A DNA stretch of 64,000 bases from Eledone cirrhosa (taxonomy: Eukaryota), in contig OZ024743.1 of NCBI GenBank assembly GCA_964016885.1, positions 179,428,001 to 179,492,000 of the forward strand, in the 5' to 3' direction. Below are positions 41,076-53,893 of the stretch, piece after piece. A program made the position numbers and the translations under genes. The notes beneath the pieces are model-generated. The model searched no databases, was not told the DNA's origin, and saw nothing but the letters and a program-made list of their open reading frames with translations. How positions within the stretch are numbered: position 1 is the first letter of the stretch; every line of letters begins with the position of its first letter.

Positions 41076-41633
41076 AGTGAGAGAGATGGAGGCGATCAGA
41101 GAGGGAGTTCGGCTCTTTCACGTTCGGACCATATCCTTGTGGTTGTGTTCATCAAGCCCTTGTGCAGTAATGAAATATATGTAAAAATAATTAACCACAT
41201 GAACAAGTATAACAACAGCAATTAAGTTTGTTACTTGGAAATATTAATGACTGACTGTTGTGCATAGGTGAAGTTGTACAGCTTTTCTAGCAGAAGTGTA
41301 ATATCGAAGATATGACTACTTACAAATTTAGTTTTTCTTTTGAATTATTTTTAGAATGTATCTTGTCGTCTCTCTGCTGACTCATTAATTATCAATGTCA
41401 GAATTATTGGTCCCCCCAACATTCTGAGACGTTCTTTGTTTCAACTTCTAACGAAAGGCTTTTAAAAGTTGGTTTTTGTTATTGTTCTACATAAATATAA
41501 TGGACAGGTACAAAGGAGCAGAAGAATAGTAATGATATTGAAAATATCCACTCAGAAACACACATGCATACACAGCACACATACGTATAGACAGACATAC
41601 ACATTCATATATATATATATATATATATATATA

Positions 41634-43243
41634 CAGTACCCCGCAAAAGTTTACAACACATTAGGAAAAATGCGGTTTTAGGTATTTTTAATAAAGTTAG
41701 GGTAATGAAAATTTAACTACCGATAGAACATATAATGAGGCATTTAATGATACAATCATAGTTTTAAAAAAATAACAAGGAAATAACTCATGAAGAAAAA
41801 TCAATATTTTTATAACGCAAAAGTTTACAACACATTTATTAAATCATCTCTTAATATTTCGTAGCGTAACCTTTGTTGCTAATTACAGCCTGTAGGGCGT
41901 TTGGAGTAGCCTCCTACAAACTTCTTGCATGTTTCTTGGCTAATATTTATCCATTCTTCACAACAAATTTTCTTTAGTTCAGGGATATTTTGGGGTTTCC
42001 TTTTTTGAATTCTCTCCACAAATTTTCGATCGGGTTAAGATCTGGAGACTGACATGGTCATTTTAGAACATTTATTCCATTCGTACTTAATCAAGATTGT
42101 GTTAGCTTTGCAGTATGCTTTGGATTGTTATCTTGTTTGTTGAAAAAAACCAACCTGGCTTTAAGCTGAGAGAATGTGCACGTTGATGTAAATTCCTTTG
42201 GAAAATACCTCTATAATAAGTGCCACCCATTCTTCCTTCTATTATTTCAATATGTCCTACTCCTGTGACACTAAAGCAACCCCAGACCATGATTGATCCA
42301 CCTCCAAATTTTACAGTTGGAATAGTATTCTTCAGCGAATATTCAGTACCTTTCTTTCTCCAGACTTTTGCCACAGCATTTCGACCAAAATGTTCAATTT
42401 TTGTTTCGTCCGACTAAAGTACATCTTCCCAAAATGACGCAGGTTTGATGAGATGCTCATTTGCAAAGTTTAATCGACGAAGAACGTGTTTCCTCGTAAG
42501 AAGTGGTGTTTTCCTTGGAAACCTCGAGAAGATATTATATCGACGAAGTGAACGACTAATTGTATCTGTGCTCACTTTTACTCCACTTTCTTCTAGGTCA
42601 TCCTGAAGATTTTTAAGAGTACACCGGGGTTCGTTGCCAACCTTTCTCGTCAATAACCGAGCTGCACGTTCCGTTATCTTTCTAGGACAACCAGAACTAA
42701 TTAGAGGACAGATGGAATGATGAGATTTCCAGTGACGAATTATTGTACCAACTGAACTCAATGGCACATTTAACTGACAAGATATCTTTCTATAACCAAC
42801 ACCATTTGTATGAAGGTCTACAATGCGTTTACAGAGGTCTTGATCAATCAGTTTATTTCCCCCCATATTGTCCATGTTTACAGGATGGTTGTCAATGTTT
42901 ACAGGAGGGTTGTCAGACAAATAATGATGTAATGTTTTTAATAGTCCTTAGAAGTTACCTTAAACCTAATCTAGAACATTCTACTGAATTTTAAATCTGA
43001 AAATTTAAGAATTTTCTTGAAAAAAAAGCGATAAATATAAAATGTGTTGTAAACTTTTGAGTTATAAAAATATTGATTTTTCTTCATGTGTTATTTCCTT
43101 GTTATTTTTTTTAAAATATGATTGTATCAATAAATGCTTCATTATATGTTCTATCAGTAATTAAATTTTCATTACCCTAACTTTATTAAAAATACCTAAA
43201 ACTGCATTTTTCCTAATGTGTTGTAAACTTTTGCGGGGCACTG
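41634..43243 (-). mobile_element. Full-length Tc1 DNA transposon with ~205-bp IR/DR-type TIRs
   Basis: CAGTACCCCGCAAAAGTTTACAACACATT...AATGTGTTGTAAACTTTTGCGGGGCACTG, flanked by TA. CAAAAGTTTACAACACATT is repeated at the inner end of each TIR. Confidence 0.95.
41851..42866 (-). pseudogene. Tc1 transposase (disrupted)
   Basis: Paired-like HTH (GVGYRKIS..LNVP), SGCPRK, L*SDETK (premature TAG), KFGGGSIMVWGCF, QDNNPKH, SPDLNPIENLW. It is frameshifted. Confidence 0.9.
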
Positions 43244-43295
<52 letters not shown>

Positions 43296-43446
43296 AGTGT
43301 GCGCGCATATGTCTATAATAATGCCAGGCAACACTTTTTCATTGCCTTCATTTTACCGTCTATTTCAAATTGTCTTAGCTTTCTTAAACATATCATGTTC
43401 TACTTTATATACTCTATTCAATGATTCAACAAACTACAACATGCTG

Positions 43447-43513
<67 letters not shown>

Positions 43514-43559
43514 TAACATTGATAACTTTCGGCCAGTATTGGCCCAGGCCATGTTTTGC

Positions 43560-44170
43560 TTAATAGCACCACCTGGCGAAGTCTTTCAAGTCAAAATTTA
43601 TACTTAATGACCTACTCAAGTAGTGAGTTATTGTTTACGGAGACATATCCGGGTGTAGGAGATTTATCTAGGATTTTTTGGAGGAACTTGTCCAAAAACG
43701 TTTTGAATGTCATGGGGTCTGTTTCTGTTTTAGTGTGTTTTGTTTTGGTGTAATGTTAAAGAGAAAAGGACCAGTTGAGGCGAAATAATGTTGTTACAAG
43801 ATGCGACTTTGATTTGTTTTTGGCGGATAACACGGGGCCCAAACTTAGGAGTACTTTAAAGATGATGCCAATATCATATGGGCAATGCTGATGGAACATT
43901 TTCCACATCATGCAGATAATGTAGCGCTCACGGCGGCGTTGGAGAGAGTAGGGTTTGATCTTTTCTAATCAACCCGAATAGTCAAGGTCTGTCATGCCGT
44001 CTATCATTTTCGTGATTGACCTTAAAGGTGCTTCAATTTTCATAATACTTTGTTTTGTATGGGGGAGACCACCGTGTACAACAGTATTCAAGGTGGGGTC
44101 GGGCTAAAGAAGAGAAGGATAACTGTGTTGATATCTCTCAACTGGAAAGTTCTGAGAATCCAAGAACACA
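43560..44170 (-). pseudogene. Eroded CR1/L2-like LINE 3' fragment
   Basis: The minus strand gives WILRTF.. and PHLEYCC..WSP / YSLQRRRERY-like segments in shifting frames. Confidence 0.5.
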
Positions 44171-45608
44171 TTCATCAATGTCAATACAAGTTTGTTTACA
44201 AAGGCTGCATTAAATAATACATTATACAAACTAGTATTTCTCTGTACCGACAGTAGGGCTTGATTTGATCTAGAATTTGCTAGCTGATTGCAGACTGAGT
44301 GACTGAGTGAAAAGATCTGTCATCATTCAATATAATAGACATTTAATACATGGATAATTGTTGTAGAATGAAACATATCTACTCCTCAGCAGTTTGTAGT
44401 TTGTTGATTTATGACGTATGTATATATATATATATATATATGTAGAACCGGTGTTACTTCATGTTTATGAATCGTAGCGTAGTTTGATGCTGTAAAGAAG
44501 TATTGAAATTCCTTAGGAATAGTAAGAAATTTAGTTCAACGCTGTGTAAACTGAATAGCATGTTCTATATAGCTACTAGGCTGTCTTCTCTCAGCGGCAA
44601 ATCAGTGTACCAAAACCGACTTTAGAATATTCTATGAATATACGCATTCTCTGATTGCTAGAACTCAGCTTTAAACCATATAGGATTCAGTCAAAAGAAT
44701 AATTATGTATTAAATAGTTTTCTGTAAGCTGAATTCATTTTCAGTCACACGGAGACAGCCGCAAGTATATACTTATAAATATATACATGCGTAAATGTAT
44801 GTTTTCTATTCTGAGTGTTTTTACTGTCGGCATGGTAAAGTTGTAACATGTTGCACACACACACACTGATGTAAAGATACACCCACATGCTTATACATAT
44901 AGATATATATAGATAGATAAATATTTGTGCGTGTAAGTTCTCGTGTGTACATGTTTGTGTGTAAATATAGAAGGGAGAAAATAGTCAATACTAAAAGTAG
45001 AAAGATATATAATTTATTATTAAAAGGATGCTGTTTCGTGTTGTTTTGCGTGTGATATTCAAATGATAATACTAAAGAAAATAAGACTCCATAGAAATAT
45101 TCTAAGTCAAACCTAAAAAGAGATAGTGAATAATTAAAGGCTATATTCATTAGAGGAAATCTCTCTCACTAATGTTGAAACGAGATATCGCAATTGATAG
45201 CAGAAATGACCGTTAGGAAAGCTACATAAATAAATGTAATATCATTATCATTATTATTTTACCTCCATGCAAGCACGTGATTGACAGCTTCCCTCTATAT
45301 TTTTCTTTCAGTCATCATCTCTGTAAGTTTCAGGGATTTGAGATAAGCTTTCAACACTTACACTCATGTCGTTCCTTGGTCATCCTCTATAGCAACTACT
45401 CTCTGCAGGGATTCCTTTTAATATTTTCACCCAACTTATAGTATCAAGTAATCTCCGCATATATGTTGGGAAATGAGCGGATTATTAGAGAGAAGAGAAA
45501 GGCAGTTGAAAATGAGACTGGGATATCTTCGCAACGGATTTTTACTTGAATTTCATTCCAAGATCAGAAATGAAAAGCTCGTAGTAAAATTTCACACACA
45601 CACACACA

Positions 45609-45719
<111 letters not shown>

Positions 45720-45772
45720 ATGTGGTTGACGACTAAGAGAAAGGAGTACTGAATACCAAAGTAGGGTTTCAC

Positions 45773-45936
45773 TATTCATTTTATTAAGGCTAAATAGTGA
45801 ATCTTGTTACTCTAGGGTTTCGCCTTTTTATCACAGGGTCATTGTACAAGAACTGTTCTTGTCTTATGAGACTGTAATAAACAGGCGAAACTCCAGAGTA
45901 ACAAGACTCACACTTTAGCCTTACTATAAATGAATA
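45773..45936. mobile_element. Older fold-back element, ~80-bp arms, degenerate HHR in each arm
   Basis: HHR (+) at 45857-45906 reads TCTTGT-CTTATGA-GaCTGTaataaACAGgC-GAAACTCcaGAGT-A-ACAAGA (G5 mutated). The mirror copy is more decayed. Confidence 0.7.
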
Positions 45937-46060
45937 TATATCTATATCTATGAATATGTGTGCGTGCGTGTGCGCATGTGTGTGCGTGCGCGTGTGTGTA
46001 TGTGTGTATGTGCGTCCCAAGAAGAAACACTAAACTGAGCAATATAAATATATGTATGTA

Positions 46061-46133
<73 letters not shown>

Positions 46134-46258
46134 ATATTAAATTTTATGCAAAGAATCTGTTATTTTAATAATTATTTGCTCTATGGTTTTTATATAATTG
46201 ATATATATTTACCCGTATCGAGCCCTCTTTGGATTTTAGTCTTCACATTTATTATTAT

Positions 46259-46331
<73 letters not shown>

Positions 46332-46403
46332 GGTAAATATTGATGCAATTCAATTCAAGCACTCAACGTACTTTTTCCACATAGGAGTGACGGAGTAAAT
46401 ATC

Positions 46404-46841
46404 GAATAAGGAAAAGCGAACTAGTTTCAGATGTTCAAGTCCTTTAATAATAATGCTGTGATATATATTTCAATGACGACACTGGCCACACTGTTCTGTG
46501 TGCGAGTGTCGTGTCATCATCAGGCAGCTTGTTACATAATATGATTGTTTCCGAGGCAATCCAAATTGAATCGACATGGGAACTGATGAAGTTCGTGCTT
46601 TTGGGTTTTTCATCCGTTCACAAGGGAACGGATGAAAAACCCAAAAGCACGAACTTCATCAGTTCCCATGTCGATTCAATTTGGATTGCCTCGGAAACAA
46701 TCTTATTATGTAACAAGCTGCCTGATGATGACACGACACTCGCACACAGAACAGTGTGGCCAGTGTCGTCATTGAAATATATATCACAGCATTATTATTA
46801 AAGGACTTGAACATCTGAAACTACTTCGCTTTTCCTTATTC
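46404..46841. mobile_element. Fold-back element: 216-bp arms, 6-nt loop, HHR in each arm
   Basis: Arms are 46404-46619 and 46626-46841. HHR (+) at 46717-46790 reads GCTGc-CTGATGA-TGacACGACACT...AGTGTCGTCAtt-GAAATATATAT-C-aCAGC; its mirror is at 46455-46528. Confidence 0.88.
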
Positions 46842-46847
46842 TCTCTC

Positions 46848-46976
<129 letters not shown>

Positions 46977-48370
46977 TGTGCAGTATATATATTCCTCAAA
47001 TATGTAGAAGGCTTAATTGAATCAATATCTCTGCCTGAAGAAAAGACAATTCGAAAACGCTGTTGAGTGTTGTTCTATATTTATATTCAATTCACTTATT
47101 TCACACTCTTACACTGCCTAACGTTAAATATTGTTTACGGTTGGTTTTACCGTTGGAAGCCATTTTCACTCTGTATCGATAATGCATTCTCTTCTATCTA
47201 ATACTGCTCAGTTAATTCACGCCTGATATTTGCTACGATATACCTGTTCCAACATTATTTTAAGTAAGTTTAGGTTTACTATTAATTTATTGTGTAGTCG
47301 AGTCCTAAATCTACACATCTAAGAGAAAAGTGGGGAAATAAGTATTTGTGGTGTCATTACTTCCTGGAGAGTATTGACTTTAACAGTGAAATGAACTTAC
47401 TTCAGTTTGGACAGGATATTTCATTTCTGTATCTAAATGCCAATAACTTAACTCTCGACGCTCCAAGGCAAACATGTTAAAGTGTATTGATAATTAGAAA
47501 CAGCAGTACAACAGTGAAATAAACTAAGCTAGGTTTGAATATTTACATTTTATGCTAAAATAACAATCCTGCTGTTGTTACACTTTCCAACTGTAATCGA
47601 GTCAGTTTTCTTAATTTCCTTAAACAATAGTTTTTGTTTTCATATTATCTCGTCGTTTTTATGTATTTTATAAATCCAGAACGTTAAACTATTTAAGAAC
47701 TTGGCATTGTCTACCCGTTTGAACAAACAATGTGATTATAAAAATATAATTAGAGTTTGCTGGATATGATTGATTTATTCAAATCGGTCCACAGTAGATC
47801 AGTACTCTGAATTCTCTTATTTGGGAACGTTCTCCGGTGAATTAAATGCAGACATTAACCACATCCTCACAATTACTTTTTTTCAAAGAGAAAAATTCAG
47901 TTTTTTGTGCGTAATATTTCAAAGATGTCAATGCATCAAGCTCTGAAAGTTATCTTTTCAAATCAAGCATTAAAAGAAAAAGAAAAAGAAAATGATGAAT
48001 AATAATTTTCTTTTTCTTTTAATATTTGATGTGAAAAGATACCTTTTCAAATTCAGGTTTATTGAGGTTTATACAGCGAAAACTCATAATGTTGAGTTTG
48101 CGCTCTCTAAACCCCAATTCTCGAGATCTACGATTTAAAAATATTTGAACTAAAATTCCATTATTTTGATTTCCGACCGTCATAAGTTGCCTTATGCATG
48201 AATCCTTAGGGATTGTAGGACTGGGTTCGAATTGTTCACGCCACATTTTATATTCTGTTTGTGCTAATGTTTCATAACATCTGACTATATGCAACAAATG
48301 TTTTATTGTTGGTGCTACTTTATTCATTGCTACTGTATTCAGTATCGATGATAAATTATTATTATTATTA

Positions 48371-48572
48371 GGCAGTATCAGTAGGTCGACAAACACTGTG
48401 CTTTGCGTCATAGAGGTATGGCCCTTTAGGTTCTGAGTTCAAATCCCGTCGACGTTAGCTTTGCCTTTCATCCTTACGATGTTGATGAAATAACGCACCC
48501 CAAAATCGCTGGCCTTGTGACCAAAGTAAAAACAATTATTATTATTGTTATTATTATTATTATTATTATTAT

Positions 48573-48616
<44 letters not shown>

Positions 48617-48790
48617 TCGGTAGAGGGTCGGACGCCATGGTTCGGCGCATAGAGTTACGGCCCTTGCCATTCAGAGTTCAAATCCCGCCGAGGTTAACTT
48701 TGCCTTTCATCCTTACGGGGTCGATAAAATAAAGTACCAGTAATGCACTGGTTATTTGCTGGCCTTATGCCTAAAGTAGAAACAATTATT
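48371..48790 (+). mobile_element. Two tRNA-derived SINE copies (48371-48535 and 48612-48790) with (ATT)n tails
   Basis: GAGTTCAAATCCCG.CGA.GTTA.CTTTGCCTTTCATCCTTACG body. Confidence 0.8.
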
Positions 48791-48805
48791 AGTATTATTA
48801 TTATT

Positions 48806-51680
48806 GTTCTTTAAGTCTCAGTCATTGATGTTATTTAACTGGAAAGTTTGTTGAAATTAATATCAAGCAGCTACCTGCAGCCTCAGATATTCAGGACGTA
48901 TCGGAGGGTTCTTGCTGTTCCCAGCAAGCATGCCTTTTGAAGTGTTCCAAAATACGGGGCTGGACTAATCTTGTTTAACCATCCTTTGAAACTCATTGAG
49001 ATAGTACCTAGTGGGCCTATGCCAATCGGGACGACTCTGACTTCATGTCAGTTCCAAATCGTTTTTACCTCCCACTTTAAGTCCTGGTATCTGTTAATTT
49101 TTTCCCTCTCCTTCTCTTGCACTCTCGTGTCGAATGGGCAGGCCACATCCACAATCAGGCACGATCATTTTTCCTTGTCCAAAACCACCAGGTCAGGTCT
49201 ATTGTGTTCCAGTTTCTTGTCTGTCTGTATCCTAAAATCCCACAGCACCTTCGCCTGATCGTTTTCTATCACCGACTCTGGATTATGCTCATACCACTTC
49301 TCAGAATGTCGTAAATTGTTTACTTTGCATAGGTGCCAGTGGATCACCCAGCCCATCACATCATGTCTCCAGCCCTTATAGTGAGTCTGGGCTAGGTGTT
49401 TACACTCGGATACAATGTGAGCCACAGTTTCCTCTCTCTCTCCGAATGTATTCAGATCTGATCAATTCCTTCATTTTTTTAATTCTTGATGTCATCAGCC
49501 TCCAGAACACCTAAATACTTGTATCCTTCTTCAGTGTCAATTTCCTTTATCAGCTCACCTGTTGGTACCTGTGTTCCGTTACTTCTGCTCAACCTACCCC
49601 TCCTCATCACAATGACTCCTCATTTACTAATACCAAACTGCATACATATATCACTGCTGAAAATACGGACAGTGTCAACAAGCACATCCACCTCCTTCTC
49701 ACTCTTCCCGAAGAGCTTAAGATCGTCCATGAAGAGGAGGTGATTGATGGTAAGCTCTCCCTTTGCCAACTTGTATCCTGCTCTCACCTTTCGCAGTATA
49801 ATGGTCAGGGGGCATCAGGGCAAGGACAAACAACAGAGGGGACAGACTATTTCCCTGGAAGATACCTCGCTTGATCTTTAGGCCTCCCAAGGATTCTCCA
49901 GCCGATGTTAACTCTGTTTTCCAGGACTTCATACTTTTGCTCAACAACTGTCTGATGTTATCTGCCACCTTGAAGATCTCTAGGCTTTTGGTGATCCAAG
50001 AATGAAGCACCATGTCAAATGCCTTTTTGTAGTCTATCCATCCCATTGCAAGACCAGTGTGTCTCCTCTTGCAATTCCTCATTACCATCTTATCAATAAG
50101 TAACTGGTCCTTTGTACCACGGGACTTCTTTAGGCATCCTCTCTGTTCGTCCGGTAACAAGTTGTTTGTGTGGAGGTGATGGTATATTTCCTCAGACACA
50201 ATGCTTGTTAACAGTTTCCACATTACGGACAGACATGTGATAGGTCTATAGTTGGTAACATCATTACCCTTGATTCGGTCTTCCATTACCAGAACTGTGA
50301 TACCTTTTGTCAACCACTCTGGTACCTCACCTGACATCAACCAATCATTGAACATGGTTGTCAGTTTCGTGTGGAGGGATGTTATATTTTTAATTCAATA
50401 CCCCTGCACACCATCTGAGCCTGGTGATTTCCAGTTGGTTAGGTTTTGGGCCTGCCCCTTAAGAGTTTCAACTGTGATACTCAAATCAGTTTGTTGGTGT
50501 GCCTGTTCACTAATCTCCTTTTGTACTGTCTCAATCCACACTGCCTGGTCATTATGTTTAAAATCCTGCTCCCATATCCCTCTCCAGAATGTCTTAGTTT
50601 GTTCCGCCTCAGGGATCAAGTCGTTGCCTCTTTCTTTCCCTTCAAGCTGTCCAAACAACATCTTCTGGTTGTTGTCAAACATGCGGTTCTGTCTATACTG
50701 ACTGACTCTGCTCTCGTATCGCCTAATTTTTGCACTCTTCAGTTCCTCTATGATAATATTTACATTTTTCCTCCTAGTTTTGTACTTTATTTCCAGTCTA
50801 TTTTTAGTGTCTATGTTTTTGAGTGTCCCATTCAGTAGGGACTCAAGCTTACCAATGTCATTTCTCATTTCCCTGATTTGACCATTCAATCGTTTCTTCC
50901 ACCAAGTTTCTGATCTTTCTTGTTTGTTGTTTCCTCTCGCTTTTATGCCAAGTAATTTCCTCACCGCATTTACTGTTGCTTTGAGGATATTGTTGCACTG
51001 GTGAAGGCTACTCGCCTCAAGGTATGAGATGACTTTGTTTACCTTAGCTGTTGTTTATTTTAACTTTTTCCTGTTTACAAATCTTATGTTCATAGGTTTC
51101 CCACTATCATTGTTCATTTCATCTACCACTAAGTTTAGGATATCAACCAAATCTTGTCCTATTCATTTTCTCAATGGCTCTATCTTTGTTCCATGTATTA
51201 TTTATTTCAGCATTCAGATCGGATGGTTCCTCCGTTCTCTCAACCTCTTCACCTTCATTTCCCACTGGCTCGTTTGCCTGGCATACTCCACTCTCCATCT
51301 CCAAGCTAATCTCTCTGCTCAGTTCCTCCAGTTCCAGCGCTCGCTTATCCACCCATTAGTTCTTATTACCCGAGCCTGACCGGCCAATTTTTGTTCATCT
51401 AATTTAAATAGTCCAATCTCGTTCCAGATGTTATGCATCCGTTTCCTATAGCCTTTTTACTCGGGGTTACTCTTCAAGTAACATTGTATAGCAGTTCTAT
51501 TCAATTCTTTCGTCCAGTTGGTTCTGGTCCCTTTCCTTCTTCCTCTTCCTCCGACACCAGCAGTACTGAAGACAGCCAGGTCCCTGCTGCTGGGCCAGGG
51601 AGCACCTGCTGGGTGAGAGTCTGTCACATGACATTCCAGTCTCCACTTCACCATTATTCAAACTGTTTAGGTTCGACATT
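48806..51680 (-). mobile_element. Degraded R4/Dong-like RLE non-LTR retrotransposon ending in (AAT)n
   Basis: Pieces: WTKELN..AIQCY; WKSPGSDG; NYRPITCL, WIDYKKAFD, GIFQGNSLSPLLF; HIVSEC..LAQ..Y..RHD; EHNRPDLVV; LQKACLLGTARTLR. Confidence 0.88.
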
Positions 51681-51974
51681 TAAGCACTCACATCGAGGAT
51701 TGGTGAATGTATTGTTACATAACTACCGGTGATTTCATCACCCCCAGTGATTTGATCACCCCCGGTGATTTTAGCGTGGCACCATCACGCTGTAGACGAA
51801 CATAAATAAACAAACAAACAAATAGATAAAAACCTAAAAAAAACAAAAATAAACATAAGTTTCATTGTAATGTTTGAATGTCTGACTTAGTTTATCTTTC
51901 CTTTTTTTCTTTTTTGTTTGTTTTTCTCCTTTGCGTTTTTCGTTTTAAAACGCCAGTAACATCGATTACTAGTG

Positions 51975-52015
<41 letters not shown>

Positions 52016-52480
52016 AAGGGAAGTAGGGGTTGTTGTGTAAAAACGTTTGAAATTTGTGATTGTTGTTGCGTTTCCTTCTGTCTGTGTTCCATTCTATAAA
52101 TTTTCGACTATAATTTTTCTATAATTTTCTTCCCTTTCATCCCTACGTGGCCGACACCACAAAGCACCTGCAACACACCGGGACAATTGCTGGCCCCGTG
52201 CCAAAAGCAGAAGCACTTATTATTATTATATTATAGTTTAGATTTGACATCGTTTAAACTAAACATTTTGAGAGAGTTTAGAGATATAACAACATAATTA
52301 TTTTGGTGTTGTTGTTGTTGTTAGTTGTTTGACCGGGTCACTAACCCAGTCTATTTATATCTTTGGATACCTTCCTCGCTTCTTTTCATGTGTAGCGGCA
52401 TCACCACCCTTCTCTTAAGTAGAGATCATTAGTGATTATTATTATTATTATTATTATTATTATAATTATTATTATTATAT

Positions 52481-52665
52481 AGGCGGTTAATTGGCAGTAT
52501 CGGTAGAGGGTTGGACATGCTTTCCAGCATAGTTACGTCCCTTTACGATCTGAGTTCAAATCCTGCCGAGGTTAACTTTGCCTTTCATCCTTACGGGGTC
52601 GATATAATAAAGTACCAGTAACGTACTGGGTGATTGCTGGCCTTGTTCCAAATGTAGAAACAATT
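52481..52665 (+). mobile_element. tRNA-derived SINE
   Basis: Same family as 58422-58690, lying between ATT tracts. Confidence 0.8.
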
Positions 52666-52769
52666 ATTATTATTATTATTATTATTAGAAAGTCAGCTCC
52701 AGCCTCTCTGGAATGAGCTGCCCCTGTCTGCACAACCATACCATGTGTCGGGTTTCAGATCGAATCTGA

Positions 52770-53858
52770 AGACTTTAAACGGTGAACAGGTGTGGTCGCC
52801 GTTTGTCAGACGGGCCTTTCCTCAGCTCGTTTCTTTGACTGAGCTGCAGTCCTGGGTCAAGAAGAGACCGAGACTGGGTGACTGGCATCTGGAATGTTGC
52901 CAGGCACTCACTGTCCTCTACCAGGCGGGCAATGCGGTCAGTGGAACTTCCACTCTCGAGTTCTATAAGGATTAGTGGTGGGGAGGGCGACGACGCACTC
53001 GGAGAGGGTCTGGGAGTCAACGAAGTCGAACTAACCAGTCTCTACTGGAAGACTTTCGAGTCGGGGACGATGGATAATTTCCAAATATCCCTCGCTTGGC
53101 AGTGCTACCGGGGAGGGGGGGGGGCACTGCCGGTTTGGGATAAAGCACGGAAGTGCTGTCAGACGGACCTGCCCGAGATGCGCGCAGAGTGACGAAACCG
53201 TTCTGCACGCACTCGTCCAGTGTCCGTGCATTACTGACTTGTGGAGTTATGTTGAACAGCTGTTGTCGCGTGTAGAACGGATCCGGCTATCGGCCGAGTC
53301 CATAGTTAAGATCGACCCGCCGCCTTCTTTGGGCCAGGAAGGGCAGGCAATTTTCCTCTGTCTGGTGGCAGTAGCGAAAGAGGTTGTATGGTGGACGAGG
53401 TTGAAAGGACTGAAGACAGACACTTTTCTCTTCGGCCAATCCCTCATCAACTTTTTCAAATTTCACTTGGAAAGGAAGGTGAGGGTGGAGAGAGAAGTAC
53501 TGCCCCCCCCCCACCCCACCCCCCACCCCACATACATTTGCTGAAAGGTGGGTGAATGTGGCGAGAATGGCGAGTGCGAGTGGCCTACTGGTCATGCGGC
53601 TGTAGGTAGGTAAATTTGAGGAGGAGAGGGGAGTCCTTCCAGGGTGCTCTCGAAGCGTCGGGTCGTTCAGGATTGGTGGGGTACCTGAGCGAACCCTGGA
53701 TGGTCATCCCCCCTATTGGGGAATTTTTTCTTGTTGTAATTTTATTGTTACTTTGTTATTGTGATTCATATTGTTTACTTGATTTTTCTGTAAAACCCCA
53801 CTGTCCCAGTCTTTTGTATTGTCCCCTATATGTCGGCCCTTGTGGCCAATAAATGAAA

Positions 53859-53860
<2 letters not shown>
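52770..53860 (+). pseudogene. 5'-truncated Tx1/L1 3' fragment with (ATT)n tail
   Basis: VWSPFVRRAFPQLVSLTELQSWVK and AKEVVWWTRLKGL are homologous to the 35984 ORF2 C-terminus. It ends AATAAATGAAATC(ATT)n. Confidence 0.88.

Positions 53861-53893
<33 letters not shown>

Noticed and set aside
46580-46595. Extra CTGATGA in GAACTGATGAAGTTC
   Set aside because: No GAAA, stem III or stem I partner follows, so it is not a hammerhead. There is no C/D snoRNA layout either.
46511-46801. 96-aa ORF across the hairpin centre
   Set aside because: It reads through both arms of a palindrome and has no recognisable domain.
51729-51772. 18-bp self-complementary tandem (GGTGATTT.ATCACCCCC) near the R4-like 5' end
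   Set aside because: It has only ~2.5 copies, and I could not fit a ribozyme fold or assign it to the element.
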